Assembly (NCBI GenBank): GCA_965248695.1
Contig: CBDFKD010000002.1
Location: forward strand, 1,632,001 to 1,696,000
Source of the DNA: Acidobacteriota bacterium
Lineage (GTDB): Bacteria; Acidobacteriota; UBA890; WLXD01
Reading direction: 5' to 3'
DNA: 64,000 nucleotides
Shown here: piece after piece, positions 10,275-22,385 of the stretch
How the letters are laid out: the number at the start of each line of letters is the position of its first letter
Numbering within the stretch: the stretch's first letter is position 1
Translations under genes and position numbers: made by a program
Notes under the pieces: generated by a model
Seen by the model: the letters and a program-made list of their open reading frames with translations, nothing else
What the model was told of the DNA's origin: nothing
The model's database searches: none

Positions 10275-11288
10275 CTAGCGGTAGTAGTGCTCCCGAAACA
10301 CCAGCCGATAGCTCGGCCGGAGCGAGCGCACCGAGATTTTCCGCTCACGGGCAGGCTGAGCCGCCGGGCTCCCGGGCCGGTATCCGAGCAGGTAGGAGGC
10401 CCGCAGCATGACCACGACGTCGTCGTACGCACTCTCGAGCTCGTCGGGCCGGATGGCATTGATGATCGTGCCCCCCGTCTCGCCGGCGAGCCGGTCGAGC
10501 TTCTCGCCCAGCAGCGCGTCGCTTCGCGCTGCGCCAAGGACCATTGGAAAGATCGGAATGGCGGTTTCGCGCGCGGCGTCGAGTACCTGGTCGAAGCGGG
10601 TTTCGCTGTCGTGGTCGTCGCCGTCCGTCAGCAGCACCAGGGCCGCCCGACGCGTCGGAACGAAGTCGTTTCCGGTGTCGGATCGTGAGGCGCACGAGCC
10701 TCGGTCGGCCACCTCGCCGGCCCGTGTGTCGAGCTCGATGTGTGGGCTGCCGGTGCTCATCGAGTAGACCGTGCTCAGCCCATCGATCAGGGCATCGTGC
10801 AGAGCAGTGCCCCCCTCCATGTAGATGCCGTCCACGCGCGCCGCCAGCGCCGGCTCGAGCGACCTCGCCCAACGGGCCGGGCCGACGACATCGTTGAAGG
10901 GCAGGAGATAGACGCAGTCACGCACGTCGAGCCGCCGCAGGAAGGTCTTGGCAGCGTTGCGCACTACGCGCGACCAGTGCAGCAGGCTGGTGCTCGAATC
11001 CAGCAGCAACGCGATGTCGAGCGGCGCGGAGCCCGGCGCCAGAAACACGCTGATCTCTTGTGCCGCACCGTCCTCGGTGATCCTGAAGTCTGCCGCCTGC
11101 AGTCCGGAGACCGGGTCGCCACGAGAGTCGAGCACGGCGACGCTGTGTCGCACGACGTCGACCGACGTGGTGAAGGCCGGTGTCTGCTGGGCGCCGGCAA
11201 CGCCGACGGCCAGCGAAGTCACCAGCACAGCGAGCGCAACCGGCCCAGCCTTCGAGCCGCGCGGGGGTGATTGCTGTGTGGCGTACAT
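10275..11288 (-). CDS. VWA domain protein (Acidobacterial VWFA-related type), exported
   Basis: Signal peptide; VLDSRGDPVSGLQAADFRITEDG; MIDAS-like LLDSSTS, GGTALHDAL, LLTDGDD; ATG at 11288 preceded by TACCTT-N6. Confidence 0.85.
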   Translation of the reverse strand: MYATQQSPPRGSKAGPVALAVLVTSLAVGVAGAQQTPAFTTSVDVVRHSVAVLDSRGDPVSGLQAADFRITEDGAAQEISVFLAPGSAPLDIALLLDSSTSLLHWSRVVRNAAKTFLRRLDVRDCVYLLPFNDVVGPARWARSLEPALAARVDGIYMEGGTALHDALIDGLSTVYSMSTGSPHIELDTRAGEVADRGSCASRSDTGNDFVPTRRAALVLLTDGDDHDSETRFDQVLDAARETAIPIFPMVLGAARSDALLGEKLDRLAGETGGTIINAIRPDELESAYDDVVVMLRASYLLGYRPGSPAAQPARERKISVRSLRPSYRLVFREHYYR

Positions 11289-11379
11289 ACTGACAAGGTA
11301 GCGAACGCCGGGTAGCGCCCGCAAACCCGCGGCACCTGTGACTCCCTCGGCGCCGGCGCTTCCGTCGACACTCCACCGG

Positions 11380-11442
11380 AACCCACCGATGTCCGACAGC
11401 AACCCACCGATGTCCGACAGCAACCCACCGATGTCCGACAGC
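11380..11442 (+). repeat. Perfect 21-bp tandem repeat x3 (NPPMSDS)
   Basis: aacccaccgatgtccgacagc at 11380, 11401 and 11422. Confidence 0.97.
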
Positions 11443-13488
11443 GGCAATCGCCTGGGCGACGAGACCAGCCCCTACCTGCTACAGCACGCCTCGAACCCGG
11501 TCGACTGGTATCCGTGGGGCAAGGAAGCGATTGACCGGGCCAATGCCGAGGACAAGCCGATTCTGTTGAGTGTCGGCTATGCCGCCTGCCATTGGTGTCA
11601 TGTGATGGAGCGTGAATCGTTCGAGAACCCGGCGATCGCCGAGCTCATGAACGAGCACTTCGTCTGCATCAAGGTCGATCGCGAGGAACGTCCTGATATC
11701 GACGACATCTACATGCGCGCCGTGCAGATGATGACCGGACGCGGCGGCTGGCCGCTGACGGCGTTCCTGGCGCCGGATCTACGCCCCTTCTTCGGCGGCA
11801 CCTACTATCCACCGGAGCCGCGCCACGGAATGCCGAGCTTCGCCCAGGTGTTGCAGGGCATTGCCGAGGCCTACGCCACGCGCCGCGACGAGATCGACGC
11901 CACCGGCGCGCAGCTACTGGAACAATTGCAGGCTCCGCGAACGAGCCGGGCAGAGGCGGCACTCGATCACACCGTCATTCAGCGCGCCGCAACCGAGCTG
12001 CACGAGCGTTTCGACCCCAACTACGGCGGCTTCGGGGCAGCGCCGAAATTCCCCAACAGCATGTCGATCTCCCTTCTCTTGCGCCACGCAATAGCGCGCC
12101 AGGACACCGACTTGTTACAAGAGGCGGTGTTCACCCTCGATCAGATGGCTGCAGGCGGCATCTACGATCAGGTCGGCGGCGGCTTCCATCGCTACGCCAC
12201 CGACGAAGCATGGTTGATCCCGCACTTCGAGAAGATGCTCTACGATAACGCCCTGCTGGCCACGACCTACCTCGAGGCCTACCAGATCACCGGCAACCGC
12301 CAGCTCGCCGACACGGTCGCGGAGACGCTCGACTGGGTAGCACGCGAGATGCAATCGAGCGAGGGCGGCTACTACTCCACCCTCGACGCCGACAGCGAAG
12401 GCGTCGAAGGCAAGTACTACGTCTGGGACCAGCAAGAGCTCCAGGCTCTGTTGGGTGACGATGCCGAGATGTTCGGAGTCGCCTACGGTGTCACCGCCAG
12501 TGGCAACTGGGAGGGCACCAATATCCTGCATCTCCCCCGCTCGCTGGACCAGGTGGCGCGTCAGCTGGGCGAGTCGCCCGAGGCTCTCGGCGCCCGCCTG
12601 CGACAATGCCGCGAGCGTCTGTACGAGGCGCGCGAGAGCCGCGTGCGCCCGGGACTCGACGACAAGATCCTGAGCGATTGGAATGGTCTGATGATCGCTG
12701 CCATGGCACGCGGCCATCGAGTGCTCGACGATGTTCGATACCTCGATTCCGGTATCAGAGCGGCGGATTTCGTCCTCCAGACGATGCGCCGCGACGGACG
12801 CCTGCTGCACACCCACCGCGCCGGCACCACGAAGCTGCTCGCTTACCTCGATGGCTACGCCAACATGCTCTGGGCCTGCATCGAGCTGTTCGAGTCGACC
12901 TTCTCACCACGATGGCTGGCGCATGCACGCGAGCTGGCCGACGGGCTGATCGAGCTGTTCGCCAACGACGCCGGTGGTTTCGCCTTCACCGGCACCGACC
13001 ACGAGGAGCTGCTCACGACCTCGAAGGCCGGTCACGACGGCGCCACGCCGTCCGGCAACGCCGTCGCCGCCATCTGGCTGCAGCGGCTGGCGCGACTAAC
13101 CGGCGAGGATCGCTATGCCGTAGCAGCCCATCAGACGCTGGACGCTTTCGCCTCCTTCATGGAGCGCATGCCATCGGCATTCGCCCAGATGAACCTGGCG
13201 CTCGACGCCAGGCTCGCCGAGCACCGCGAGATCGTCGTGCTCGGGGGGGTCGGCGACGCGGCCACGAACGCGGCGCTGGTGAGGCTCTGGCGCCGTTTCG
13301 CACCCCACGAGATCGTCGTCCAACTCGATCCGCAGGCAGCGGATCTGGTGGAGCTGGAAACGGCGCTGCCGCTGCTGGTGGGCAAGGCGTCGGTTGCCGA
13401 GAGCGCACGGCCGCTGTACTTCGCCTGTCGCAATTACGCGTGCGAAGCTCCGACCACCGATCTCGACACGATCATCGGCGAGAGCTGA
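11389..13488 (+). CDS. Thioredoxin-domain/six-hairpin protein (YyaL/SPATA20 family); start ambiguous among three repeated ATGs
   Basis: [63 protein letters not shown]. Confidence 0.93.
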   Translation: MSDSNPPMSDSNPPMSDSGNRLGDETSPYLLQHASNPVDWYPWGKEAIDRANAEDKPILLSVGYAACHWCHVMERESFENPAIAELMNEHFVCIKVDREERPDIDDIYMRAVQMMTGRGGWPLTAFLAPDLRPFFGGTYYPPEPRHGMPSFAQVLQGIAEAYATRRDEIDATGAQLLEQLQAPRTSRAEAALDHTVIQRAATELHERFDPNYGGFGAAPKFPNSMSISLLLRHAIARQDTDLLQEAVFTLDQMAAGGIYDQVGGGFHRYATDEAWLIPHFEKMLYDNALLATTYLEAYQITGNRQLADTVAETLDWVAREMQSSEGGYYSTLDADSEGVEGKYYVWDQQELQALLGDDAEMFGVAYGVTASGNWEGTNILHLPRSLDQVARQLGESPEALGARLRQCRERLYEARESRVRPGLDDKILSDWNGLMIAAMARGHRVLDDVRYLDSGIRAADFVLQTMRRDGRLLHTHRAGTTKLLAYLDGYANMLWACIELFESTFSPRWLAHARELADGLIELFANDAGGFAFTGTDHEELLTTSKAGHDGATPSGNAVAAIWLQRLARLTGEDRYAVAAHQTLDAFASFMERMPSAFAQMNLALDARLAEHREIVVLGGVGDAATNAALVRLWRRFAPHEIVVQLDPQAADLVELETALPLLVGKASVAESARPLYFACRNYACEAPTTDLDTIIGES

Positions 13489-14529
13489 TCAGCGATAGAG
13501 CCAGAGCCCGAGCTCTTTCTCCATCGGCGCGTACATGTCGGCCACCCATTCGCTGTAGCCGTTGTAGATCTCGGTGTCGTAGCGCTCGTTGTTGTTGATC
13601 AGCGTTTCCGTTGCCTGCGACCAGCGCGGGTGCGGGATGCGCGGGTTGATGTTGGCCCAGAATCCATACTCGCTCGGCTGCAGATCGTTCCAGAACGTGC
13701 GCGGCTGGCGCTCGACAAAATCGAAGCTGACGATCGACTTCACCTGTTTGAAGCCGTACTTCCAGGGCGTGATGAAGCGCAGCGGGGCGCCGTTCTGTTT
13801 CGGGTTCGGCTTGCCGTACGATCCCGTGACCAGGAACGCCAACTCGTTGCTCGCCTCCTCGATCGTCAGGCCATCGAAGTACGGCCACGGGTACCACGAC
13901 TGCGATGGAATGCCGGGCATCTGGTCCGGCCGATACGCCGTTTTCATCGCCACGAACTTGGCCTGTGGCTGCGGCTCGACGAGCTCGAGCAACGACCGGA
14001 ACGGAAATCCGGACCAAGGCACCACAGCCGCCCAGCGCTCGACGCAGCGGAAGCGGCAGACGCGCTCCTCGAGCGGCATCTTGCGCATCACCTCCTCGAG
14101 ATCGTACGTGCCCGGCTTGCTGACCAAACCGCTCACCTCGAAGGTCCAGGGCTCGGTCTCGAACTTGTCGACGTTGCGCCACACCCCCTGCTTGGGCGTC
14201 TCGAACTCGTAGAAGTTGTTGTACGCGTGGGTCAGCGCCGGATCCGTCAACGGTCGGCCGGCGTCCTCTAGCGTCAGGCGCGGGTGCGGCGTCGCCGGAT
14301 ACAGATCGGCCGCCGGGCCACTCGGGTAGACCACCGAATCGGGCATCGGGACCGGCGCCTGCATCATCGGCAAGCCACTCGCGAGCGCTCTCGAGGCGCC
14401 ATACGCCCCTCCCGCACCAATTGCCGCCAACCCCATGCCCTGAAGGATCTTGCGGCGGTTCAGGTAGATGCTCTCGGGGGTAACCTCGCGCTCGGGGATC
14501 TCCCAGCCGCGTCGCTTTCTGATCAGCAT
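13489..14529 (-). CDS. msrP: Protein-methionine-sulfoxide reductase catalytic subunit
   Basis: EVTPESIYLNRRKIL Tat leader, YNNFYEF, FRCVERW, QNGAPLR..PWKYGFKQVKSI, EYGFWANINP..PHPRWSQATE. Confidence 0.95.
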   Translation of the reverse strand: MLIRKRRGWEIPEREVTPESIYLNRRKILQGMGLAAIGAGGAYGASRALASGLPMMQAPVPMPDSVVYPSGPAADLYPATPHPRLTLEDAGRPLTDPALTHAYNNFYEFETPKQGVWRNVDKFETEPWTFEVSGLVSKPGTYDLEEVMRKMPLEERVCRFRCVERWAAVVPWSGFPFRSLLELVEPQPQAKFVAMKTAYRPDQMPGIPSQSWYPWPYFDGLTIEEASNELAFLVTGSYGKPNPKQNGAPLRFITPWKYGFKQVKSIVSFDFVERQPRTFWNDLQPSEYGFWANINPRIPHPRWSQATETLINNNERYDTEIYNGYSEWVADMYAPMEKELGLWLYR

Positions 14530-14804
14530 GGTCGTTCCTCGCCAACCTTCGTTCGTTCGCCCGTAGTTCGCAGATCACTGTAGCAGTCGGAGGATAGTTG
14601 GTGCCAAGCGGGGTGTTGGTTTCCGCTCAACTACATGGCACCTCCCCCGGAGGAGAGCGCCGGTGGACGCCACGACCAGGCTGGCGCAGCGAAGCCGCCA
14701 GCGGAGTGGCGAGTGCCCGACTACAATGGTGGCCTGGTTGAGCTTTCCTGGCACGACCGCCTCCCGCAATGCTCCGGACGCTTGGCGTCCGTGTGTCCGC
14801 CACC

Positions 14805-16625
14805 ATGATCCAGAACCTGCGCAACATCGCCATCATCGCCCACGTCGATCACGGGAAAACCACGCTCGTCGACGAGCTGCTGAAGCAGTCCGGGACGCTG
14901 GATTCGCGCATCACACACCGCGAGCGCGTGCTCGATTCCGACGATCTGGAGCGCGAGCGGGGCATCACGATCCTGTCCAAGAACACCGCCATCCGCTGGC
15001 AGGAGTACACCATCAACATCGTAGACACTCCGGGCCACGCCGACTTCGGCGGCGAGGTCGAGCGGGTGCTGTCGATGGTCGACTCGGTGCTGCTGCTGGT
15101 CGACGCGGTCGAGGGACCGATGCCGCAGACGCGCTTCGTGACCCAGAAGGCGTTCTCCCATGGGCTGCGACCGATCGTCGTGATCAACAAGATCGACCGG
15201 GATGCAGCACGATCGGATTGGGCGCTGGATCAGACCTTCGAGCTGTTCGTCAGGCTCGGTGCGACCGATGAGCAACTCGATTTCCCGGTGATCTACACCT
15301 CGGCCGTCCACGGCACCGCGACACACGACGTGGCACATGCGGGCAACGACATGACGCCGCTGTTCGAGACCGTGATCGAGCACGTCCCGGCCCCCGACGT
15401 CGACCCGGACGGACCCTTGCAGCTCCAGGTCAGCTCACTCGACTATTCCAACTACGTCGGCGCCATCGGTATCGGACGCATCGCCCGCGGCACACTGCGA
15501 CGCAACACCCGGGTAACCGTCGTCGACACCGCCGGAGCTGAACGTCAGGAGCGCGTGCTGCAAGTGCTCGGCTTTCATGGCCTCGAGCGTTCCGAGATGG
15601 AGGCAGCGAGCGCTGGCGATATCGTCGCCTTCAGTGGCGTCGAGCAGCCGCGCATCTCCGACACCCTGTGCGACCCGGACCATGTCGAGCCGCTACCGGC
15701 TCTGGTCGTGGACCAGCCGACCATCGCGATGACCTTCGAAACCAACACCTCGCCGTTCGCCGGCAAGGAAGGCAAGTACCTCACCAGCCGGCAGCTGCGC
15801 GAACGCCTACGCCGCGAAACCCTACACAACGTTGCCCTGGAGGTGGACGAAACGGCGGATCCCGACAAGTTCCGGGTATGTGGTCGGGGTGAGCTGCACC
15901 TGTCGATCCTGCTGGAGAACATGCGGCGGGAGGGATACGAGCTGGCGGTTTCGCGCCCGCGTGTCATCTTGCGTGAGATCGACGGTCAGCGCCACGAGCC
16001 CTTCGAACAGCTGAGCGTCGATGTCGAAGACCGGCATCAGGGTGCGATCATGGAGGCCCTGCGTGAGCGCGGCGGCGATCTGCAAGACATGCGCCCCGAC
16101 GGCCAGGGGCGCGTACGGCTCGACTACGTCATCCCGTCGCGCGGGCTGATCGGTTTCCAGACCGATTTCCGCACCGCCACCTCAGGCAGCGGCATCATGG
16201 TGCACAGCTTCGACCACTACGGCCCGGTACGAAAGATCGCCCGCCAGCGACGTCCCAACGGCGTCCTGGTATCGATGGCCGAAGGCACCTCGTTGGGGTT
16301 CTCGTTGAACAACCTGCAGGAGCGCGGCCAGCTGTTCATCGGCCCTGGAGAGCAAGTCTACGAGGGACAGGTGGTTGGCCTGAACTCGCGCCTCGCGGAT
16401 TTACCGGTCAACCCGCTGAAGGGCAAGAAGCTCACCAACATGCGCGCCGCCGGCCGCGACGACAACATCGTGCTGACGCCACCGCGGCGGATGACGCTCG
16501 AGCAGGCGCTGGAGTTCATCGAAGACGACGAGCTGGTCGAGGTTACCCCGGCCAACCTACGGCTGCGCAAGCGGCACCTGAAGGAGAACGAGCGCCGCCG
16601 TGCCGCGAAGGCGGTAGCTAGCTGA
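14805..16625 (+). CDS. typA: Translational GTPase TypA/BipA
   Basis: [73 protein letters not shown]. Confidence 0.98.
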   Translation: MIQNLRNIAIIAHVDHGKTTLVDELLKQSGTLDSRITHRERVLDSDDLERERGITILSKNTAIRWQEYTINIVDTPGHADFGGEVERVLSMVDSVLLLVDAVEGPMPQTRFVTQKAFSHGLRPIVVINKIDRDAARSDWALDQTFELFVRLGATDEQLDFPVIYTSAVHGTATHDVAHAGNDMTPLFETVIEHVPAPDVDPDGPLQLQVSSLDYSNYVGAIGIGRIARGTLRRNTRVTVVDTAGAERQERVLQVLGFHGLERSEMEAASAGDIVAFSGVEQPRISDTLCDPDHVEPLPALVVDQPTIAMTFETNTSPFAGKEGKYLTSRQLRERLRRETLHNVALEVDETADPDKFRVCGRGELHLSILLENMRREGYELAVSRPRVILREIDGQRHEPFEQLSVDVEDRHQGAIMEALRERGGDLQDMRPDGQGRVRLDYVIPSRGLIGFQTDFRTATSGSGIMVHSFDHYGPVRKIARQRRPNGVLVSMAEGTSLGFSLNNLQERGQLFIGPGEQVYEGQVVGLNSRLADLPVNPLKGKKLTNMRAAGRDDNIVLTPPRRMTLEQALEFIEDDELVEVTPANLRLRKRHLKENERRRAAKAVAS

Positions 16626-16725
16626 ATGTAGCCAGCGTGGATCATCGCCTACGCCTCCGTCTCAGCCAGTGAGTGATCCGCCGCCACCGATGTTGCCGGG
16701 TCCATCGTGAGAGAGTATTCGCGCC

Positions 16726-19527
16726 ATGCAGTGCTCACGATGTTCCAACGAGATTCCGGTGGCGAGTGTCGAATGCCCGTCGTGCGGAAACCCCGTAGGA
16801 GGGTCGCCGAGCCCGGCGACGGCCACATCCGCTCCGGGATCGGATTCGACGCCCGAGGACGCTGTCACATCGTTGCGGGCCGATAGCGCGTCATCCGACG
16901 AAGCGCCGACGTCCCTCGAGCCCGGAGAATCGACACCGGGACTTTCCGGCTCGGACAGCGGCCAACACGGACGCTTCCTTCCTGGGACGACGGTTGCCCA
17001 GCGCTATCGGATCGTCGGCCTGCTCGGCCGCGGCGGCATGGGGGAGGTCTACCGCGCCGACGACTTGAAGCTCGGCCAGCAGGTGGCGCTGAAGTTCCTG
17101 CCTCCTCACATGGTGGCCGACGACGACCATGTGCGGCGTCTGTTCGACGAGGTTCGGATGGCGCGCAAAGTGTCGCACCCGAACGTCTGCCGTGTCTGGG
17201 ATGTCGGCGAGACCGAGGGACAGCACTACGTGTCGATGGAGTACGTCGACGGCGAAGATCTCTCGTCGCTGCTGCGGCGCATCGGTCGATTGCCCGAGGA
17301 CAAAGCAGTGGAGATTGCCCGCCAGCTCAGCGCGGCGCTAGCGGCCGCTCACGACGAAGGCGTTCTGCACCGCGACCTGAAGCCGGCCAACATCATGTTG
17401 GATGGTCGTGGCCGCGTGAAGCTCACCGACTTCGGGCTGGCAGCGGTGGCCGAGGTACGTGCCGGCACGCCGATCTACATGGCTCCCGAGCAGCTCGCCG
17501 GGACAGAGGTCTCGGTGCGCAGCGACATCTACTCGCTCGGCATCGTTCTGCACGAGCTGTTCACCGGCAAGCGGGTCTTCGAGGCAGACAGCTTCGACGA
17601 GCTCTCGCGCCTGCACAACAGCACCATGACCACCTCGCTCACTTCCACCTCCCAGCTCGACCCGTCAATCGATCGCGTCATCCACCGCTGCCTGGACAAG
17701 GATCCCGACAAGCGTCCTCAGTCGGCGTTGGCGGTCGCAGCCGGGTTGCCCGGTGCCGACCCACTTGCGGCCGCGCTCGCCGCCGGCGAGACGCCCTCGC
17801 CCGAGATGGTGGCCGAGGCGGGCGGTGAAGGGCGACTGTCCGTCGCCGTCGCGTTGCCGCTGCTGATCTTCGTGATCGCCGGCACGCTGACGGTGGGCCT
17901 GCTGCAATCCGGTCGCAGCCTGGTCGGCTGAGTTCCGTTCGATATGTCGCCGGCGGAGCTCGACGTGCGAGCGCTCGACGTGCTCGAAGAGCTCGGACAT
18001 CCGATCGACTACGTGGACACCGCGTCGCAGTACGACGTAGATCGTCGCTATCTCGCCTGGGTTCGACGCGAAGGGGCAACGGATGAACGGTTGGCGACAA
18101 TCGGCAGCGGCCGCGCGGCCGCGATCGTGTACTGGTGGCGCGGTTCGCCTCGGGCGCTCGTTCCGAACGGATCGACCGGCGCCGGCTTGTCGGCTGGCGC
18201 GAGCCTGTCGGACCCACCGCGCACGGTGCCCGGCATGGTCTCGCTGCAGCTCGATTCGCAGGGCCGGCTCGTGTGGCTGGACGTCATCCCAGACCGGCTG
18301 AGCGAAGAGGACGCCGCGATCACCGGGGCAACAGACTGGGAACGGATGTTCGAGCTCATGGACCTGGACATGTCGACGTTCCGCCCGGTGGCGCCGCGTC
18401 TGTCGCCCGCTCACTTCGCGGACGAGCGTGCCGCCTGGGAGGGGGCGTTCCCGGAGGATCCGGACGCCATCGTGCGCATCGAGGTCGCCGCCACCGCCGG
18501 ACGCTGTACATCACTTCGAGTGTTCACTCCGGCCCGCCCTCTCGAGCCACCGGACACTACGGGATCGAGCCCCGTGTCGGGGTTTGCGACGGCGACTACC
18601 GTCGCCATCATCCTGATCGTCCTGCTGATGGTATTGACCGTGATCTTCGGCGGCCTCTACGTAGCCCAGCGCAACGTCCGCTCCGGCCGCGGTGACGCCC
18701 GCGGCGCCCGCCGGCTCGGCTTCGCTATCGCTATCGCGATCGGCACCGCGTGGCTGTTCTCGGAGCACACGTTCACGCCCAGCGACATCAACGCCCTGAT
18801 CGAGATGTTGATCTTCGTGTCCGCAAGTGGTGGCCTCACTTGGGCGCTCTATCTGGCGGTCGAGCCCTTCATGCGGCGACAGTCACCCGAGGCCCTGATC
18901 GGATGGGCACGGTTCATCGACGGTCGCTGGGCCGACCCGCTCGTAGGGCGCGACCTGCTGATCGGGTGCAGCGCAGGGGTCCTGAGCCGTCTGCTGGAAA
19001 CGATCCCCCAGGCGCTCGCCGAACGCCCCGAAACCATCGAGAACAACATCGTGTTGCCGCACTCGTCGGTCCTCGCGCTGTTCAGGTCACTGACGTCCGA
19101 TGCGACGGGCGCCGTGCTATTGGGCCTCGGGATGTCCTTCTTATACGGGCTTTCGTTCCTGATGCTCGGGCGCCGCCCCTGGGTCGCCTATGCTGCTTGG
19201 CTGTTCTTCCTCGGCGGCATGGGTTTCCTCCCAGGTCTGACGATCAACGGCGGTCGGCCGTCGATCACCCTGCTGTCATCGATATTCTGGGTGCTCGTTT
19301 GGGCCCTCTGGCTATATGTTCTGTTCCGGCTCGGGCTCCTGGTGTTCCTGGTCATGGGCACAACGGCGTCGCTGCTGGCAAGCACCCTGCCGACGCTGGA
19401 TTTCACCGCCTGGTACGCCCCGAGCATGGTCGCCGGGTTGACGATGCTGATCGGTCTTACGGCGTACGCCTTCTACCGTTGCGTCGAGTGGAAGGGCGGA
19501 CTCGCCGAAGCGCTGGGTGGTGACTAG
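16726..19527 (+). pseudogene. Membrane Ser/Thr protein kinase (zinc ribbon + Hanks kinase + multipass sensor) interrupted by an in-frame TGA at 17929-17931
   Basis: GRGGMGEVY, VALKFL, HRDLKPAN, DFGL, YMAPEQ; ORF 17944-19527 is in the same frame (offset 1218 = 406 codons), reading LVG*VPFDMSP. Confidence 0.8.
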
Positions 19528-19573
19528 AGGTCGCCAGCACGAGCCCGTCGAGACGCTCGGCTCCACGTGAGCG

Positions 19574-22191
19574 CTAGCGTCTCCGCGGACCCTCCCCGGT
19601 CATCTCGATCTCGCGGTTCAGCACCTCGATGTCGACGCTGCCCGGCCGGTCTCCCAGCAGGTGCTCGCTGAAGTATTCCGCTCGCAGCCAGGCCCAGTAG
19701 TCGGCGGTCTCGCGATAACCATGGCGCTCGCCCGGGAAGACGAAGAAATCGAAGCGCTTGTTCGCCTTGATGAGCGCGTGAGCCATCCGGTAGGTCAGCG
19801 ACGGATGGACGTTGTTGTCGATATCCCCCGTCGTGAGCAGAAGCTTGCCCTTCAGGTTCTTGGCCAGCTGCGAGTTGGTCTCGATGTCGTACTCGAAGCT
19901 GACGTTGCCCTCATCGTCGGTGACCTCGGTCACGCCGTGGTGCTTCTCGCTCCACCAGCGATTGTAGATCTGGTTCTCGTGATTGCCTGAGGACGACACC
20001 GCACCTTGAAGAAGTCGGGATACACAAGCATCGCCGCGGTCGACATGAAGCCACCGCCCGAGTGCCCGAAAATTCCCACCCGGGCAATATCGACGTAGTC
20101 GTGTCGCAGTGCCAGCTGCTCGACGGCGGTCTTCTTGTCGGCCAGGCCATAGTCGCGTAGGTCACCGTAGCCGAAGTTGTGGTACCACTTCGAGCGCGCC
20201 GGATGGCCGCCGCGATTTCCCACCTCGATGACCACGAAGCCGAGCTGCGCCAGGTGGACATTCTGAGCTCGCGTGTTGAACGCCTTGGTCACCGCTTCCG
20301 TCTGTGGCCCTGGATACACGTAGGCGATGATCGGATAGCGGCGCTCTTCATCGAAGTCGAACGGCTTGTACAGGACGCCGTAGAGATCGGTGACGCCATC
20401 GTCCGCCTTCACCATGAACGGCTCGGGGAACTCGTAGCCGGCCTCCATCAGGAGCGACAGGTCGGCCTGCTCGAGCTCCATGACCGCCTCGCCGTCGCCG
20501 TCACGGAGCACCGACACGGGGACCGTATCGACGCGTGACGAGTTGTCGACAAAGTAGCTATTGCTCTCGCTGATGCCGGTCTGATGGTTGGCATCGCCAG
20601 AGTTGAGCAACGTCATGCCGGTGCCGTCGAGGCGCACCCGGTACAGGTGGGTGTAGTACGGATCCTCGCCGTCCTCGTGGGCGTTGGCGGTGAAGTAGAG
20701 CACCCGGTTGGTCTCGTCGATACCCTCGATGCGCCGGGTGGAGTACGGGCCTGAGGTGATCCGATTACGCAAGCTACCGTCGGCACCGTAGAGGTAGTAG
20801 TGCCCCCAGCCATCGCGCTCAGACCACCAGACGAGCTCGCCGGTGCCGAGCAGCTCGACTCGCTGAACCTCGACGTACGTATTGAGGCGCTCCTCGATCA
20901 GCACCCTGGTAGTGCCGGACGACAGGTCGACGACGCCAACGTCGTAGCGCTTGAGGTCACGGCTGATGCGGCCGAAGTACAGCTCGTCGGCGCTCTGCGA
21001 CAGCCACAGCGAGGGGATCGGCTCCTCGGCGTCGGGACGCGGGAACTGGCGAGCACGGAGAATGCTGACCGTCTGATCGGCGAAGCGCTCGGTATCGACC
21101 TTGTTGCCCTGCCGCGCGGCGACGTCGAACACCCAGATCTCGGTCTGGGTCACCGCCTCCTCACCAGGCATTTCGTAGCGGTAGGTCTCCAGCGTTGGCC
21201 GCGGCTCGGCCACAGCGTTGATGACCCAGAGCTCATCTACCTCGCGACGGTCGGCGCGCTCGAGCGCGAACTTGGACGAATCTCTTGACCAGATGATGCT
21301 GACAGGCTGGCGGCGACCCAGCTTCTTGGCGCGCTCCTTGTCGGTCATGCCACGCTCCCGCCGGGAGTAGGAGTAGTGCTCCTCGCCGTTCTGTGTCAGG
21401 CGGATTTCGTCGAGATCGGGGTCGATGTCTGATTCCTCGTCATCGGCGCTCTCGTCGTCCTCTTCCTCCGTCTCGCGGGCGTCCTCCTTGGCCTTCTCCT
21501 TCTCGAGATACTCGTCGTAGTTGGCCGCGTCCATCATGTAGAGATCGTAGGCGCGCCCGAACACCACCCATTCCTTGTCCGGTGAGATCGCGGCCCATTC
21601 GGGGTGATCGGCCGGAGCCTCGAAGTCCGTCAGCTCGCGTACCTGACCGGTGCCGAGGTCGTACTCGAAGTGGTGCACCTTCTTCTTCGGCTTGCCGGGC
21701 CGATCGCCGGAGTCCTCTTCCTGCTCGTCGCCCTCGGTCTCGGCGCGCTCCTCATCTTGCGAGCTCACGACATCGAACTGAATCGCGCTGTTGTCGCTCA
21801 CCCAGCGGATCTTCTCGATTGGCAAGTGCTTGGCGTCGTACGGGTCGCGGGTGAGCATGGTGAGCTGCGCCGCCATGTCGTCGTTGTCGAAGATCGGTGT
21901 CTTGCTGCGCCGCGTCGGATCGACCAGCCAGAAGCTCTTGCCGTCGGAGCTCTCCCAGGCGTACCAGAAGCGATCGCTGCCCTCGAGCCAATGCGGCTGC
22001 ACCCGGGTGTCGAAGATCATCCGGTCCATCTTGTCCTGGGTAAATCGAGCTGCCAGCTCGCGATTGGCGCCCGCCGGTCGCGCCTCGTCCTGAGCAGTGG
22101 ACGGAGCAACCACAACGAGCGCGGCAAGGATCGCGAGGTGCCCCGAACGGGTCAGCATTTGCCAATCGGACCGAACTGTCAGTTTCTTCAT
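19574..22191 (-). pseudogene. Dipeptidyl peptidase IV-like S9 peptidase with a 1-nt frameshift near 20002
   Basis: Propeller plus GHSGGG nucleophile in one frame; catalytic Asp (GDIDNNVH) and His (GERHGY) in the next; adding one G restores YPDFFKVAVSSSGNHEN. Confidence 0.85.
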
Positions 22192-22385
22192 GTCTCACAC
22201 CTCGTGTTGTTCACACCTCGACGCCGCGAATCGCGCCGACCGCGGCCGTCGGATAGATAACAAGTTGCAAGCCGGTTCGGCAAATGCCGAGCTGCACCGC
22301 TGATGGTGCAAAACGGAGAACCGACCGTCCCGCCGGGGACGCGTGTGCGAAGCCACGGCGCTATTCCACAGGGATTTCCACACGT

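Noticed and set aside
11380-11442. CRISPR array
   Set aside because: The repeats are contiguous with no spacers, keep the reading frame, and no cas genes are present.
14595-14645. HDV-like ribozyme or Moco riboswitch in the msrP leader
   Set aside because: The crossing stems resemble HDV topology, but P4, the L3 consensus and the catalytic C are missing, and the Moco motif consensus is not recognisable. Kept only as an unassigned structure.
17929-17975. Selenocysteine or genetic-code reassignment at the kinase TGA
   Set aside because: No convincing bacterial SECIS hairpin, no redox-motif context, and TGA is a normal stop in many genes here (leuC, leuD, lepA). A Trp codon change is simpler.
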